From assembly GCF_000012925.1 (NCBI RefSeq), contig NC_007517.1, positions 2,760,001 to 2,792,000 of the forward strand: a stretch of DNA of 32,000 bases. The letters run 5' to 3'. Both the position numbers and the translations under genes were made by a program. The first letter of the stretch is position 1. Each line of letters opens with the position of its first letter. Under the pieces are notes generated by a model. That model ran no database searches, was not told the origin of the DNA, and worked only from the letters and a program-made list of their open reading frames with translations. The stretch is from Geobacter metallireducens GS-15 (GTDB lineage: Bacteria; Desulfobacterota; Desulfuromonadia; Geobacterales; Geobacteraceae). Below, in pieces: positions 15,136-24,466 of the stretch.

Positions 15136-15639
15136 TTTGCTAAGTTCGTTGTTCAGGAAGGCGATCACCTCGGGGTGGTCCCACTCCATGGCGCCGACGA
15201 CCTTTTTGAGTATAACACCATGGCGGTCGATGACAAAAGTCTCGGGGACACCCGTTGTGCCGTAGAGTTTGCCGACCCGCTTGTCGGCATCCAGAAGCAC
15301 CGGCAGAGTGAAACCGGTCTTGCGGAAGAACTCCTCCACCGCCACCTTCCCCCCCTCATCGATGGAGACGCAGAGCATCCGGAACGGTTTCCCGGCCATG
15401 GCCGCGTTGAGCCGCATCATGGAGGGAATCTCCTCGCGGCAGGGGGGGCACCAGGTGGCCCAGAAGTTCACGATCACCACCTGGCCTTTCAGGTCGGAGA
15501 GCTTCACCACCTCGCCGTTCAGGGTGTTCAGGGTGAAATCGGGGGCAGGGTTCTCCTCGACGGGAGGCTTCGACTCTTTTGAGCATCCCGTAAGGGCCAA
15601 CAGGAACAAGATCGGCAGAATCAGGAAAATCTTTCTCAT
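15127..15639 (-). CDS. TlpA/ResA-family thiol-disulfide oxidoreductase lipoprotein
   Basis: Internal ATG at 15639 (aa 63 of ORF 15127..15825) overlaps the regulator's TGA (ATGA). Lipobox is LALTGC and the thioredoxin motif is WATWCPPC. Confidence 0.9.
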   Translation of the reverse strand: MRKIFLILPILFLLALTGCSKESKPPVEENPAPDFTLNTLNGEVVKLSDLKGQVVIVNFWATWCPPCREEIPSMMRLNAAMAGKPFRMLCVSIDEGGKVAVEEFFRKTGFTLPVLLDADKRVGKLYGTTGVPETFVIDRHGVILKKVVGAMEWDHPEVIAFLNNELSKAR

Positions 15640-17021
15640 TTTTTTCTCTCCGGCGTTGTGATGGAGTATTTCTCCATGCGGTAGATGAGGGTATGACGCG
15701 GTATGCGCAGAAAGCGCGCCGCCGAACTCTGGTTCCAGTTGTTGCGCTCCAGGGCCTCGACGACGATCTCCCGTTCGAGTTGCTCTAGGGAATACCCCTC
15801 GTCGGGGAGGTTGATGACCCGGCATTCCCTCTGGGGAGAGCGCCCACGCCGCACCTTCTCGGGAAGATCGTCGGGGTGGATCGTGTCGGCGTTGCGCATG
15901 ATGAGGATCCGCTCCACGGTGTTCTCCAGTTCCCGCACGTTGCCGGGCCAGCCGTAGGCGGCCATGACTGCCAGGATCTCGGGAGAAAAAGTGACGGAGG
16001 CCCCGCCGTGTTTGGCGGCAAAATGGCGCACGAGCAGCGGGATATCCTCCTTCCGCTCCCTCAAGGGGGGGAGGTGGACGGGAATAACCGAAAGGCGGTA
16101 GAAGAGATCCTCCCGGAAGCGCCCTTCCGCGATGGCTTCCTCCAGGTCGGCGTTGGTGGCTGCCACCACCCGCACGTCGAGCTTGATGGTGTGAGCCCCC
16201 CCGACCGGCTGCACTTCCTTTTCCTGGAGCGCGCGCAGAAGTTTCGACTGGAGCTCCACCGGCAGTTCCCCCACCTCGTCGAGGAAAAGGGTTCCCGCCT
16301 CGGCCTGCCGGAACTTACCCTCCTTGTCCTGCACTGCCCCGGTGAAGGCCCCCTTCACGTGGCCGAAGAGCTCACTCTCAAGGAGATCGCGGGGGATGGC
16401 GGCGCAGTTGATGGCGACGAAGGGTGCGGCGCGCCGCGAGCTCCGGTTGTGAATGGCCCGGGCCACCAGTTCCTTGCCGGTCCCCGACTCACCGGTGATG
16501 AGAACGGTTGCGTCGGTATCGGCCACCCGGTCGATGACACGGAAGACCTCCTCCATGGGAGGGGAAATGCCGATGATGCTGCGGAACTCCTCCCGTTCGG
16601 AAAGCTCCTCCCTGAGGCGCCGGTTCTCCCGGGAAAGCCCCTGCATGTCCAGGGCCTTGCGAACCGTCAGCTTCAATGCCTCCCGATTGAAAGGCTTGGT
16701 AATGAAGTCGTAGGCCCCGGCCTTCATGGCCTCCACCGCCGCTTCCACCGCGCCGAAGGCGGTGATGACGATGACGACCGTGTCGGGGAAGCGCTCCTTC
16801 ACCTCCCTGAGGAGCTGAAATCCACCCATGCCGGGCATCTTCAGGTCGGTCACCACGAGGGTCGGCGCGCCATCCTCGAAGAGGCGAAGCCCCTCCTCGC
16901 CGCTGCCGGCGGTGAGCACTTCGTACCCCTCCTCCTGGAGATTATACTCGAGCACCCGGCGCAGCGACACATCATCGTCAACGATCAGCACCCGCACGGT
17001 TTTCTTCTCGCCATTTGCCAC
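15636..17021 (-). CDS. Sigma-54-dependent response regulator (NtrC/Fis family enhancer-binding protein)
   Basis: GTG start at 17021 lies 6 nt after AAGGAG. Receiver (VLIVDDD..TDLKMPG), AAA+ domain (GESGTGKE, GAFTGA loop, ELFGH) and a C-terminal HTH (SSAARFLRIPRHTLIYRM). Confidence 0.9.
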   Translation of the reverse strand: MANGEKKTVRVLIVDDDVSLRRVLEYNLQEEGYEVLTAGSGEEGLRLFEDGAPTLVVTDLKMPGMGGFQLLREVKERFPDTVVIVITAFGAVEAAVEAMKAGAYDFITKPFNREALKLTVRKALDMQGLSRENRRLREELSEREEFRSIIGISPPMEEVFRVIDRVADTDATVLITGESGTGKELVARAIHNRSSRRAAPFVAINCAAIPRDLLESELFGHVKGAFTGAVQDKEGKFRQAEAGTLFLDEVGELPVELQSKLLRALQEKEVQPVGGAHTIKLDVRVVAATNADLEEAIAEGRFREDLFYRLSVIPVHLPPLRERKEDIPLLVRHFAAKHGGASVTFSPEILAVMAAYGWPGNVRELENTVERILIMRNADTIHPDDLPEKVRRGRSPQRECRVINLPDEGYSLEQLEREIVVEALERNNWNQSSAARFLRIPRHTLIYRMEKYSITTPERKK

Positions 17022-17031
17022 CCGTCACTCC

Positions 17032-18135
17032 TTACAGGGGAAGCCGCACCCGGAACGTTGTCCCCTGCCCCGGCTCGCTCTCCACCGTCACGGTCCCGCC
17101 GTGTCCCTCCACGATCCGTTGGGTGATGGCGAGACCGAGTCCCGTCCCCCCCTCCTTCGTGGTGAAAAACGGCGTGAATATCCTTTCGAGGCTCTCCCGC
17201 GGGATTCCCGCACCGGTGTCGGCAAACGCCAGCTCCACAAGGGGGCGGTCGTCGCCGCTACGCGGGAACATCTTCACCCTCACCGTAACAGTCCCCCCCG
17301 CACCGGTGGCCTGGATGCCGTTCAGCATCAAATTGAGAAAAGCCTGCCGCAGTTTCTCCGGGTCGCCGGTGACCGGCGGCACCTCGTCAGCCTCAAGGCC
17401 AATTCGCACCCCTCGGGCCGCGGCATCGCTGCCGAGAAGAGTCACCAACTCCCGCAGCTCGGCAGCCAGGTCGCAGGTCTTTCTCTCCCCGTCACCAGGA
17501 CGTGACAGCCGGAGAAAATCCTCGACCACCCGGTTCAGGCGATCGGTCTCCTTGAGGAGAATCTCCAGGAACTCGTGCTTCGGATGCCCCGGCTGGAAGT
17601 CGTCCCGAAGGATTTCCGCCGTCCCCCGGATAGAGCCGAGGGGATTGCGGATCTCATGGGCCAGCATGGCCGAAAGCTCTCCAAGGGCCGACAGCCGCTC
17701 GGCCCGGCGCAGTTGTTCCTCGATGCCGATAATGAGGTCTGCCTGGCTCCGGAGCGCGCGGTACGATTCTTCGAGGCGCCGGGCCGCGCGTTCCAGTTCC
17801 TCGCGGCGCTCCCCCTCCTTCTGGCAGAGGAATCCGGTAACTCCCCCCACCACGTTGTAGAGGAGAATCTCCAGGAATTTCTCCAGCTCCAGCGACGGAT
17901 GCACGCCCCACTGAAAGAGGACATGGGGAACGTAAAGGATGCTGACGATGATGGAAGCGGCGAGCCCCCCCCTCAGACCGAACCAGAGGGCGGCCAGAAT
18001 GATCGGCAGGTAGTAGAGCCGCTGGAAGATGTCGTGGAGCGCAGGAAGATGGAGCGGAGTCAGATAATGAAAGAGGCTGATCCCGATGATTGCTGCGGCA
18101 AGAAACAGGATGCGGAGGGGACCTGTCAGCGTCAT
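17032..18135 (-). CDS. Membrane sensor histidine kinase (multi-TM N-terminus, no obvious periplasmic domain)
   Basis: H-box is AHEIRNPLGSI; N and G boxes are LNLMLNGIQAT, DTGAGIP and GTGLGLAI. The stop is 10 nt before the regulator's start. Confidence 0.85.
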   Translation of the reverse strand: MTLTGPLRILFLAAAIIGISLFHYLTPLHLPALHDIFQRLYYLPIILAALWFGLRGGLAASIIVSILYVPHVLFQWGVHPSLELEKFLEILLYNVVGGVTGFLCQKEGERREELERAARRLEESYRALRSQADLIIGIEEQLRRAERLSALGELSAMLAHEIRNPLGSIRGTAEILRDDFQPGHPKHEFLEILLKETDRLNRVVEDFLRLSRPGDGERKTCDLAAELRELVTLLGSDAAARGVRIGLEADEVPPVTGDPEKLRQAFLNLMLNGIQATGAGGTVTVRVKMFPRSGDDRPLVELAFADTGAGIPRESLERIFTPFFTTKEGGTGLGLAITQRIVEGHGGTVTVESEPGQGTTFRVRLPL

Positions 18136-18261
18136 GGTGTGATTATGTAGAGGATGGCCAGCAATAATGCAAGGGAGAAATCGGTCAGGCCCGGCCGGCG
18201 CCGGACCGGGTGAGATAGACCAGACAGACTGAGCCGCCGTGTGACCGGGGCAGAGGGTTCG

Positions 18262-19230
18262 TTAACGGTTGCGGCTCACCACGTAGTCGGCCAGATCGAG
18301 CGCGGCCTGCTTCTCCGTGGAGGCGGGGAACGCCTGGAGGTGCTCCTTGCAGCGGGCAATGTACTCGCCTGCCACCTCGGTGGTGTACTGGATGCCGCCA
18401 TACTTGTGGACCAGGGCGAATACCGCCTCGAAGTCACCCGGCTCCATGACCTCCTTCTCCACGACGGCGGCGATGGTTTCGCGCTCCTCGTCGGTGCACT
18501 TGCGGAGGGTGTGGATGAGCGGGAGGGTGATCTTCCCCTCTTCCAGGTCATGGCCGATCTCCTTGCCGAACTGCTCCTCGCTGGCCGTGTAGTCGAGGGT
18601 GTCGTCCATGAGCTGGAAGGCAATCCCCAGATCCATGCCGAAGTCCCGCAGGGCCAGTTCCTGCTCCGGCGTGGCCTTCCCGAGGATGGCTCCCGCCTCG
18701 CAGGCAGCGGAGAGGAGGACGGCGGTCTTGCTCTTCACCACTTCAATGTACCGCTCCAGCGTCATATCCAGATCGCTCGTGCAGAGGAGCTGGAGGACCT
18801 CACCCTCGGCAATGATGGTGGTGGCATCGGATATGACCTTGAGAACCCGCAGGTCACCGGCCTGAACCATGAGAGAGAACGACTTGGAGAAGAGGAAATC
18901 GCCCACGAGGACCGATGCCTCGTTGCCCCACACCTCGTTGGCCGAGGCGTTGCCGCGGCGCAGGGTCGCGTTGTCCACCACGTCGTCGTGGAGAAGCGTG
19001 GCGGTATGGATGAATTCGATGACGCTCGCCAGGGGCACATGCCGGTCGCCGGTGTAGCCGCACAGCTTGGCGGCGAGGAGCAGGAGCGTCGGCCGGATCC
19101 GTTTTCCCCCGCTGGCGAGAACGTATTCCCCCACTTTGCGGATCAGGTAGACATCCGACTCGAGGTCCTTCTTGAACTGTGCTTCGACGTTTTTCAGGTC
19201 ATCACCGACCAGGGCAAGAGCAGAATGCAT
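18262..19230 (-). CDS. ispB: Long-chain polyprenyl (octaprenyl-type) diphosphate synthase
   Basis: ATG at 19230 with GAGG upstream (the track start at 19236 is GTG). First and second Asp-rich motifs are LLHDDVVD and DDTLD. Confidence 0.85.
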   Translation of the reverse strand: MHSALALVGDDLKNVEAQFKKDLESDVYLIRKVGEYVLASGGKRIRPTLLLLAAKLCGYTGDRHVPLASVIEFIHTATLLHDDVVDNATLRRGNASANEVWGNEASVLVGDFLFSKSFSLMVQAGDLRVLKVISDATTIIAEGEVLQLLCTSDLDMTLERYIEVVKSKTAVLLSAACEAGAILGKATPEQELALRDFGMDLGIAFQLMDDTLDYTASEEQFGKEIGHDLEEGKITLPLIHTLRKCTDEERETIAAVVEKEVMEPGDFEAVFALVHKYGGIQYTTEVAGEYIARCKEHLQAFPASTEKQAALDLADYVVSRNR

Positions 19231-19522
19231 TAACACGACCTCAGGCTAAGATTTGGGCAATACTACGGGAATTACGCCAGTTTTGTCAAAGCTTTTCTGC
19301 CCGCGCAAACCGCCATCCATCGCGGATTGACCGGATTTCAACGCCCAGTTGATTTGCCCGTCGGCCGGCCTCGGCTATACTGAGGGTGGTAGCAACCAGA
19401 CCCGGAAGGGGCTTTCCATGGCACTCACACTTCTTCCCGCGGATTGCCGGGACCGCCGCGGCTCCCCCCGTTCGTCGAGAAAGTACTCGACACCCGCATC
19501 GGGTGGCAGTTATAACCTTTCC

Positions 19523-20197
19523 ATGACCAGACCGAAGCTTGTCGCAATCGCCGTCATCGGGCTTGCCGTGGCGCTTTTCTTCATGTCGGGGCTCGACAGG
19601 CACCTGACCCTTCAATCCCTCAAGGCGAACCGGGAACTTCTCGTATCCTATTCGGAGCAGCACCGTCTCGCCGCGGTCTCGCTCTTTATCGGCATCTACG
19701 TGGTGCAGACCGCCCTCTCCCTCCCCGGCGCCGCGATCCTCTCCCTTGCGGCCGGCGCCATCTTCGGCGCAGTACAAGGCACGGTCTACGCGGTGATCGG
19801 CGCCACCCTCGGCGCCACGCTCGCCTTCCTCGTGACCCGCTACCTTTTCCACGATGCGGTCCAGGAGAAGTTCGGCCATCGCCTCACAACCATAAACCGG
19901 GAGCTGGAAACGGCCGGGCTCAACTATCTCCTCTTCCTGCGGCTCGTCCCCCTCTTTCCCTTTTTCCTCATCAACCTTGCGGCCGGGCTTACCCACCTGC
20001 CGTTGCGCACCTTTATCATCGGCACCCTGGTGGGCATCATTCCCGGCGGCTTCGTCTACGTGAACGCCGGGGCGAGCCTCGCCACCATCTCGAATCCGGC
20101 CGACGCCGCCTCACCGCGGGTGCTCGGCTCCTTTGCCCTGCTGGGGCTCTTTGCCCTGATCCCGGTCATCTACAGAAAGTTCACACGGAGAGCATGA
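19523..20197 (+). CDS. TVP38/TMEM64 (DedA-related) family membrane protein
   Basis: Typical blocks are present: SLPGAAILSLAAGAIFG, YLLFLRLVPLFPFFLINLAAGLT. The start is uncertain: ATG 19523 gives the usual ~224 aa, while ATG 19418 has a better purine-rich SD. Confidence 0.75.
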   Translation: MTRPKLVAIAVIGLAVALFFMSGLDRHLTLQSLKANRELLVSYSEQHRLAAVSLFIGIYVVQTALSLPGAAILSLAAGAIFGAVQGTVYAVIGATLGATLAFLVTRYLFHDAVQEKFGHRLTTINRELETAGLNYLLFLRLVPLFPFFLINLAAGLTHLPLRTFIIGTLVGIIPGGFVYVNAGASLATISNPADAASPRVLGSFALLGLFALIPVIYRKFTRRA

Positions 20198-21154
20198 ATG
20201 GTTGCGGTATTCAAGGAACGGCTGCGCGAAATCGACCCCATGTACGTCACCTTCGAGGGGCTCCAGACCCTCCAGGTGAACCTGGGGAACATCTGCAACC
20301 AGACCTGCGCCCACTGCCACGTGAACGCATCCCCCGCCGGGGACAGGATCATGGGACCGGCGGTGATGGAGAAGATCGTGGGGCTTTTGACCCGTCGCCC
20401 CGGCATCACCCTTGACATCACCGGCGGCTGCCCGGAGATGAATCCCCACTTCCGCGCCCTCGTGGAGAAGACCAGGGGCCACTCTCCCCGCCGGATGGTG
20501 CGGAGCAACCTGACCATCATGACCGAGCCGGGCATGGAGTGGCTGCCGGGATTCTACCGGGACCAGGAACTGGTGGTCATTGCCTCCCTCCCCTGCTACC
20601 AGGAGGAGAACGTGGAACGGCAGCGGGGGCCGGGGGTTTTTGCCCGGAGCATCGAGGCCCTGCGAATTCTGAACGGACTCGGCTATGGCGGCACGCTGGA
20701 GCTCAACCTGGTCTACAATCCGGGCGGCCCCCTGATCCCCGGCTCCCAACGGGAACTGGAAGAGGCCTACAAGATCGAACTCCTGACACGCTATGGCATT
20801 CGCTTCAACAACCTCTACACCATCGCCAACGCCCCCATCGGCCGTTTCCGCGAGTACCTGGAAGCAAAGGGGGCCTACGAGCGCTACCTCGCCATGCTCG
20901 CCACCCGCTTCAACCCCGAGGCGGCCCGCAACATCATGTGCCGGACCCTGGTGAGCGTCGACTGGAAGGGGTTTCTCTACAACTGCGATTTCAACCAGGC
21001 CATCGGCCTTCCCATCACCAGCGGCAGCGGCGAAATCCTCAAGATCGACGACCTGGAGGAGGCGGCCACAACAGGGGCTGAACTCTTCCTGGCCCAGCAC
21101 TGCTACTGCTGCACCGCCGGCGAGGGATCAAGCTGCACCGGTGCGTTGAGCTAA
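20198..21154 (+). CDS. arsS: Radical SAM/Cys-rich-domain protein of the ArsS (arsenosugar biosynthesis, TIGR04167-like) family
   Basis: The ATG directly abuts the TVP38 TGA. Contains CNQTCAHC (CxxxCxxC), DITGGCPEMNP, ASLPCY, QRGPGVF, LVYNPGG and a C-terminal Cys-rich tail (MCRTLVSVDW..YNCDFNQ, HCYCCT..SC). Confidence 0.8.
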   Translation: MVAVFKERLREIDPMYVTFEGLQTLQVNLGNICNQTCAHCHVNASPAGDRIMGPAVMEKIVGLLTRRPGITLDITGGCPEMNPHFRALVEKTRGHSPRRMVRSNLTIMTEPGMEWLPGFYRDQELVVIASLPCYQEENVERQRGPGVFARSIEALRILNGLGYGGTLELNLVYNPGGPLIPGSQRELEEAYKIELLTRYGIRFNNLYTIANAPIGRFREYLEAKGAYERYLAMLATRFNPEAARNIMCRTLVSVDWKGFLYNCDFNQAIGLPITSGSGEILKIDDLEEAATTGAELFLAQHCYCCTAGEGSSCTGALS

Positions 21155-21172
21155 CAAGAAAAGGAGACCACC

Positions 21173-22762
21173 ATGGACAACACCCTCCTCTGGAACCGTT
21201 ACCAATCCCACCTTTTCCACGATCCTGAGTCGGGGCTCATGCTGGACATCAGCAGGATGAACTTCGCGGACGGATTCCTGGCGTCCATGGAGTCGGCCAC
21301 CCAGAAGGCGTTCGCCGAGATGGGGGAGCTTGAGGGAGGCGCCATCGCCAACCCCGACGAGGGGCGGATGGTGGGACACTACTGGCTGCGATCCCCGGAC
21401 CTCTCCCCCACCGATGAAATCGCCGCGGAGATTGGCGAGACCGTGCAGCGGATCAGGGAATTCGCCGCCGCCGTCCACGGCGGGAGCATCGCGGCACCGG
21501 ACGGACGCCCCTTCCGGAAACTCCTCGTGGTGGGGATCGGCGGATCGGCCCTGGGGCCCCAGTTCGTGGCCGACGCCCTGGGGGACGTGGACAACCCGCT
21601 CACCCCCCACTTCTTCGATAACACCGACCCCGACGGCATGGACCGGGTCCTGGCCCAGATCGGGCCGGACCTTGCCGGGACCCTCACGGTGGTCATCTCC
21701 AAGAGCGGCGGCACCAAGGAGACCCGCAACGGCATGCTGGAGGCCGAAATCGCCTACCGCCGGGCGGGACTCCACTTCCCCCGGTACGCCGTGGCGGTCA
21801 CCGGCGAAGGGAGCGAGCTGGACCGGACCGCCACCAGTGCCGGCTGGCTTGCCCGCTTTCCCATGTGGGACTGGGTCGGGGGTCGCACTTCTGTAACCTC
21901 GGCCGTGGGGCTCCTTCCCGCTGCCCTCCAGGGGCTCGACATCGCCGGCATGCTGGAAGGTGCCCGGCTCTGCGACCAACTCACCCGCCGCCCTGACACG
22001 GCCCGCAACCCGGCGGCGCTCCTGGCCCTCATGTGGCACCACGCCACCGGCGGAAAAGGTGCCCGCGACATGGTGGTCCTCCCCTACAAGGACCGCCTCC
22101 TTCTCTTCTCCCGCTATCTGCAGCAGCTCATCATGGAATCCATCGGCAAGGAGCTGGACCGGGAAGGGAATGTGGTCTGCCAGGGGATTTCGGTTTACGG
22201 CAACAAGGGGTCCACGGACCAGCACGCCTACGTGCAGCAACTTCGCGAGGGGGTGAACAACTTCTTCGTCACCTTCATCGAAGTGCTCCGGGACCGGCGC
22301 GGTGCGTCCCTGCCGGTGGAACCGGGGGTGACGAGCGGCGACTACCTGTCCGGCTTTCTCCAGGGAACCCGCACGGCCCTCGGCGAAAAGGGTCGGGAAT
22401 CCCTCACCATCACCATCCCCGAGGTATCACCCCGCACCGTCGGCATGCTCATCGCCCTCTTCGAGCGGGCGGTGGGGCTCTACGCCTCGCTGGTGAACAT
22501 CAACGCCTACCACCAGCCCGGCGTCGAGGCGGGAAAGAAGGCGGCCGGGACGGTGCTGGCGCACCAGGCCGACATCATCGCCCACCTGCGCGGGACCGGC
22601 TCCTCTCTCACGGCCGACGAGATTGCCGCGGCCCTCGGGCGCCCCGACGCGGCGGAGACGGTTTTCAGGACGCTGCTCCACGCCGCGGCCAACCCGGACC
22701 ACGGCATCAGAATGGAGCCGGCGGAGTCTCTCACCGCAAGCCGCTTCTCCGTACGGGATTGA
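21173..22762 (+). CDS. pgi: Glucose-6-phosphate isomerase
   Basis: SD AAGGAGA precedes the start. 529 aa with PGI blocks ([45 protein letters not shown]). Confidence 0.95.
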
Positions 22763-22824
22763 GCGGATACACAGCAGTTTGCCACCCGGCTGATACAGGC
22801 TCTTTGGGGGTAACAGCAGAGTTA

Positions 22825-24045
22825 CTACCGCGGGGGAAGGAACGGCTCCAGGAGAGCCGGATCAAGGGTGGTATCCGGTTTGACCGGAAATCCCGAAACT
22901 GGGTCACGGTCGGCCATCCCGATGGAAAGAATGATTGTGTTTGATTGACCGGAGGCCAGGAGACGGGGCCCCCATTGCAGGAACAGGACACGGTTGTTGG
23001 GGTGATTGAGGGGGACGCGGCTCCCCGGCGGGGCAAAGGAGCCGATCTTGTTGGAAAAATAGACGAGGTCAGGGGTTACGTTCCCCTTCCACTCGATGAA
23101 GTTGGCCATCCCACTGTAGTTATGCTCTTCGCCCGCGGCTTCATTGCCGTAATCGAAATAGCCGGCCCAGTGGTGCTCCTGGGGGTTGATCGTCTCCTCG
23201 TAGGGGACAAGGCGGTCCTTCACCCACCCCACATTGCCGATCGATGACCCATAATTTCCCACCCATGGCTCGTCACCGTAGACATAGTAGTAGCCGCCGG
23301 GATACTGCCCGACATTCGTAATCCGGATCGCCAGCGTGAAATAACGGGCTCCGGCCGTGAACCGGGCAGCCCGGTCGATACGGAACGGCAGACCGTCCAG
23401 TTCCACTTCGTGACTGCTCGTGATAACAAGCTCCTCGGACGTCTGCTTTGCCACCCTGCTATCAAGGAACCGCCACAACGACGGAGCAATGGTAGAGGAC
23501 GGGTTACTCCAGGGGCTTATCGATTCATTAACGTTACACCAGAGGTGAAACCAGCGGTTTCCGTCATAGAACGAGACGCCGGTATCGTTGAGGGTTTCGT
23601 TACCGGCCTGATTCAGATGATACGGCAATTCTCCGCCGACAAAAACTCCCCTTGTCTCCCTGCCGTCGCTGTCGAGATAACGGCTCAGACAGGTGAGAAA
23701 AATGGTTCCGTCGGCGAAATGTCCCTTCACATGGCCACTGCCATCGAAGCGGTACCATTCATGCTCCAGGCGCGTCGCGTCCGTTGCATAGCTGACGTCG
23801 CCCCGGAGAAAACGGAGAAGGGGTTGCGCCGGCAGCGCAAGAACAAGCCGGTTCTCGTCGCCGAGAACCAGATCATCCTTGATCTCCAGCAGGCCATTTC
23901 CCCCCTTGAGTACGTAGATCCCCTCGAAATGCCAGTAGGGACGAAACCGCACCATGCTCGTGCAAACCGCAAACACCACGACGGCCGCAGCACATGCGAT
24001 TCCGACACGGGACGAGAACAGGGAATGCAAAATTCGTTTTACCAT
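22825..24045 (-). CDS. Hypothetical membrane-anchored protein (406 aa), no recognisable domain
   Basis: It has a single N-terminal hydrophobic anchor (IACAAAVVVFAVC) followed by a probably periplasmic beta-rich body (GGYYYVYGDEPWVGNYG). The SD is weak, so the start is uncertain. Confidence 0.55.
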   Translation of the reverse strand: MVKRILHSLFSSRVGIACAAAVVVFAVCTSMVRFRPYWHFEGIYVLKGGNGLLEIKDDLVLGDENRLVLALPAQPLLRFLRGDVSYATDATRLEHEWYRFDGSGHVKGHFADGTIFLTCLSRYLDSDGRETRGVFVGGELPYHLNQAGNETLNDTGVSFYDGNRWFHLWCNVNESISPWSNPSSTIAPSLWRFLDSRVAKQTSEELVITSSHEVELDGLPFRIDRAARFTAGARYFTLAIRITNVGQYPGGYYYVYGDEPWVGNYGSSIGNVGWVKDRLVPYEETINPQEHHWAGYFDYGNEAAGEEHNYSGMANFIEWKGNVTPDLVYFSNKIGSFAPPGSRVPLNHPNNRVLFLQWGPRLLASGQSNTIILSIGMADRDPVSGFPVKPDTTLDPALLEPFLPPR

Positions 24046-24466
24046 TGGTCACTGATCCGCATGATTCCTGAGTTGATACGGTACTTCTACAGGTCGCCAG
24101 AGAGCCACAGTCAAATAACGGTGGCGATTACCAACTATATTGCAAACTGAATACTACTGCACTCGACAACTGCTTGCCATGCAAATGATTTTCATGACAG
24201 TGAGCACATGGACCATCAAGACCACAATCGCGTTGTACGTCAAAAGGCGAAACAGCGGTATGGATACGAACCAAACATTGCCAGTGCCGCTCCCGAATTT
24301 CCATCCAATTGGCTTGAAGCCGCGTCGAGCCAATCTATACTTGAAACGAGACTTGCCTGCCGACCAACCGACACCCCTTGCCATCCGGACATCGGCTTCG
24401 TCCAACGCCTTTCCCGGATACTTTGGGGAACGAATCCCCGGGCGGTTACCACCAGAGGATTAATTA

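Noticed and set aside
18190-18215. GC-rich palindrome CCCGGTCCGGCGCCGGCCGGG as the ispB terminator
   Set aside because: The stem closes on a very small loop with an internal C.C mismatch, and no U-tract follows on the minus strand. The evidence is insufficient.
21040-21154. Selenocysteine recoding in the ArsS-like gene (the family has selenoprotein members)
   Set aside because: The C-terminal cluster is encoded by TGC Cys codons (HCYCCT...SC). There is no in-frame TGA and the gene ends at TAA 21152-21154.
24154-24405. 83-aa minus-strand ORF (and the overlapping plus-strand ORFs at 24140..24463 and 24208..24597) as genes or a transposase remnant
   Set aside because: They have no SD, a highly basic low-complexity N-terminus, mutually overlapping frames and no recognisable transposase motifs. 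They are treated as non-coding spacer pending a tBLASTx check.
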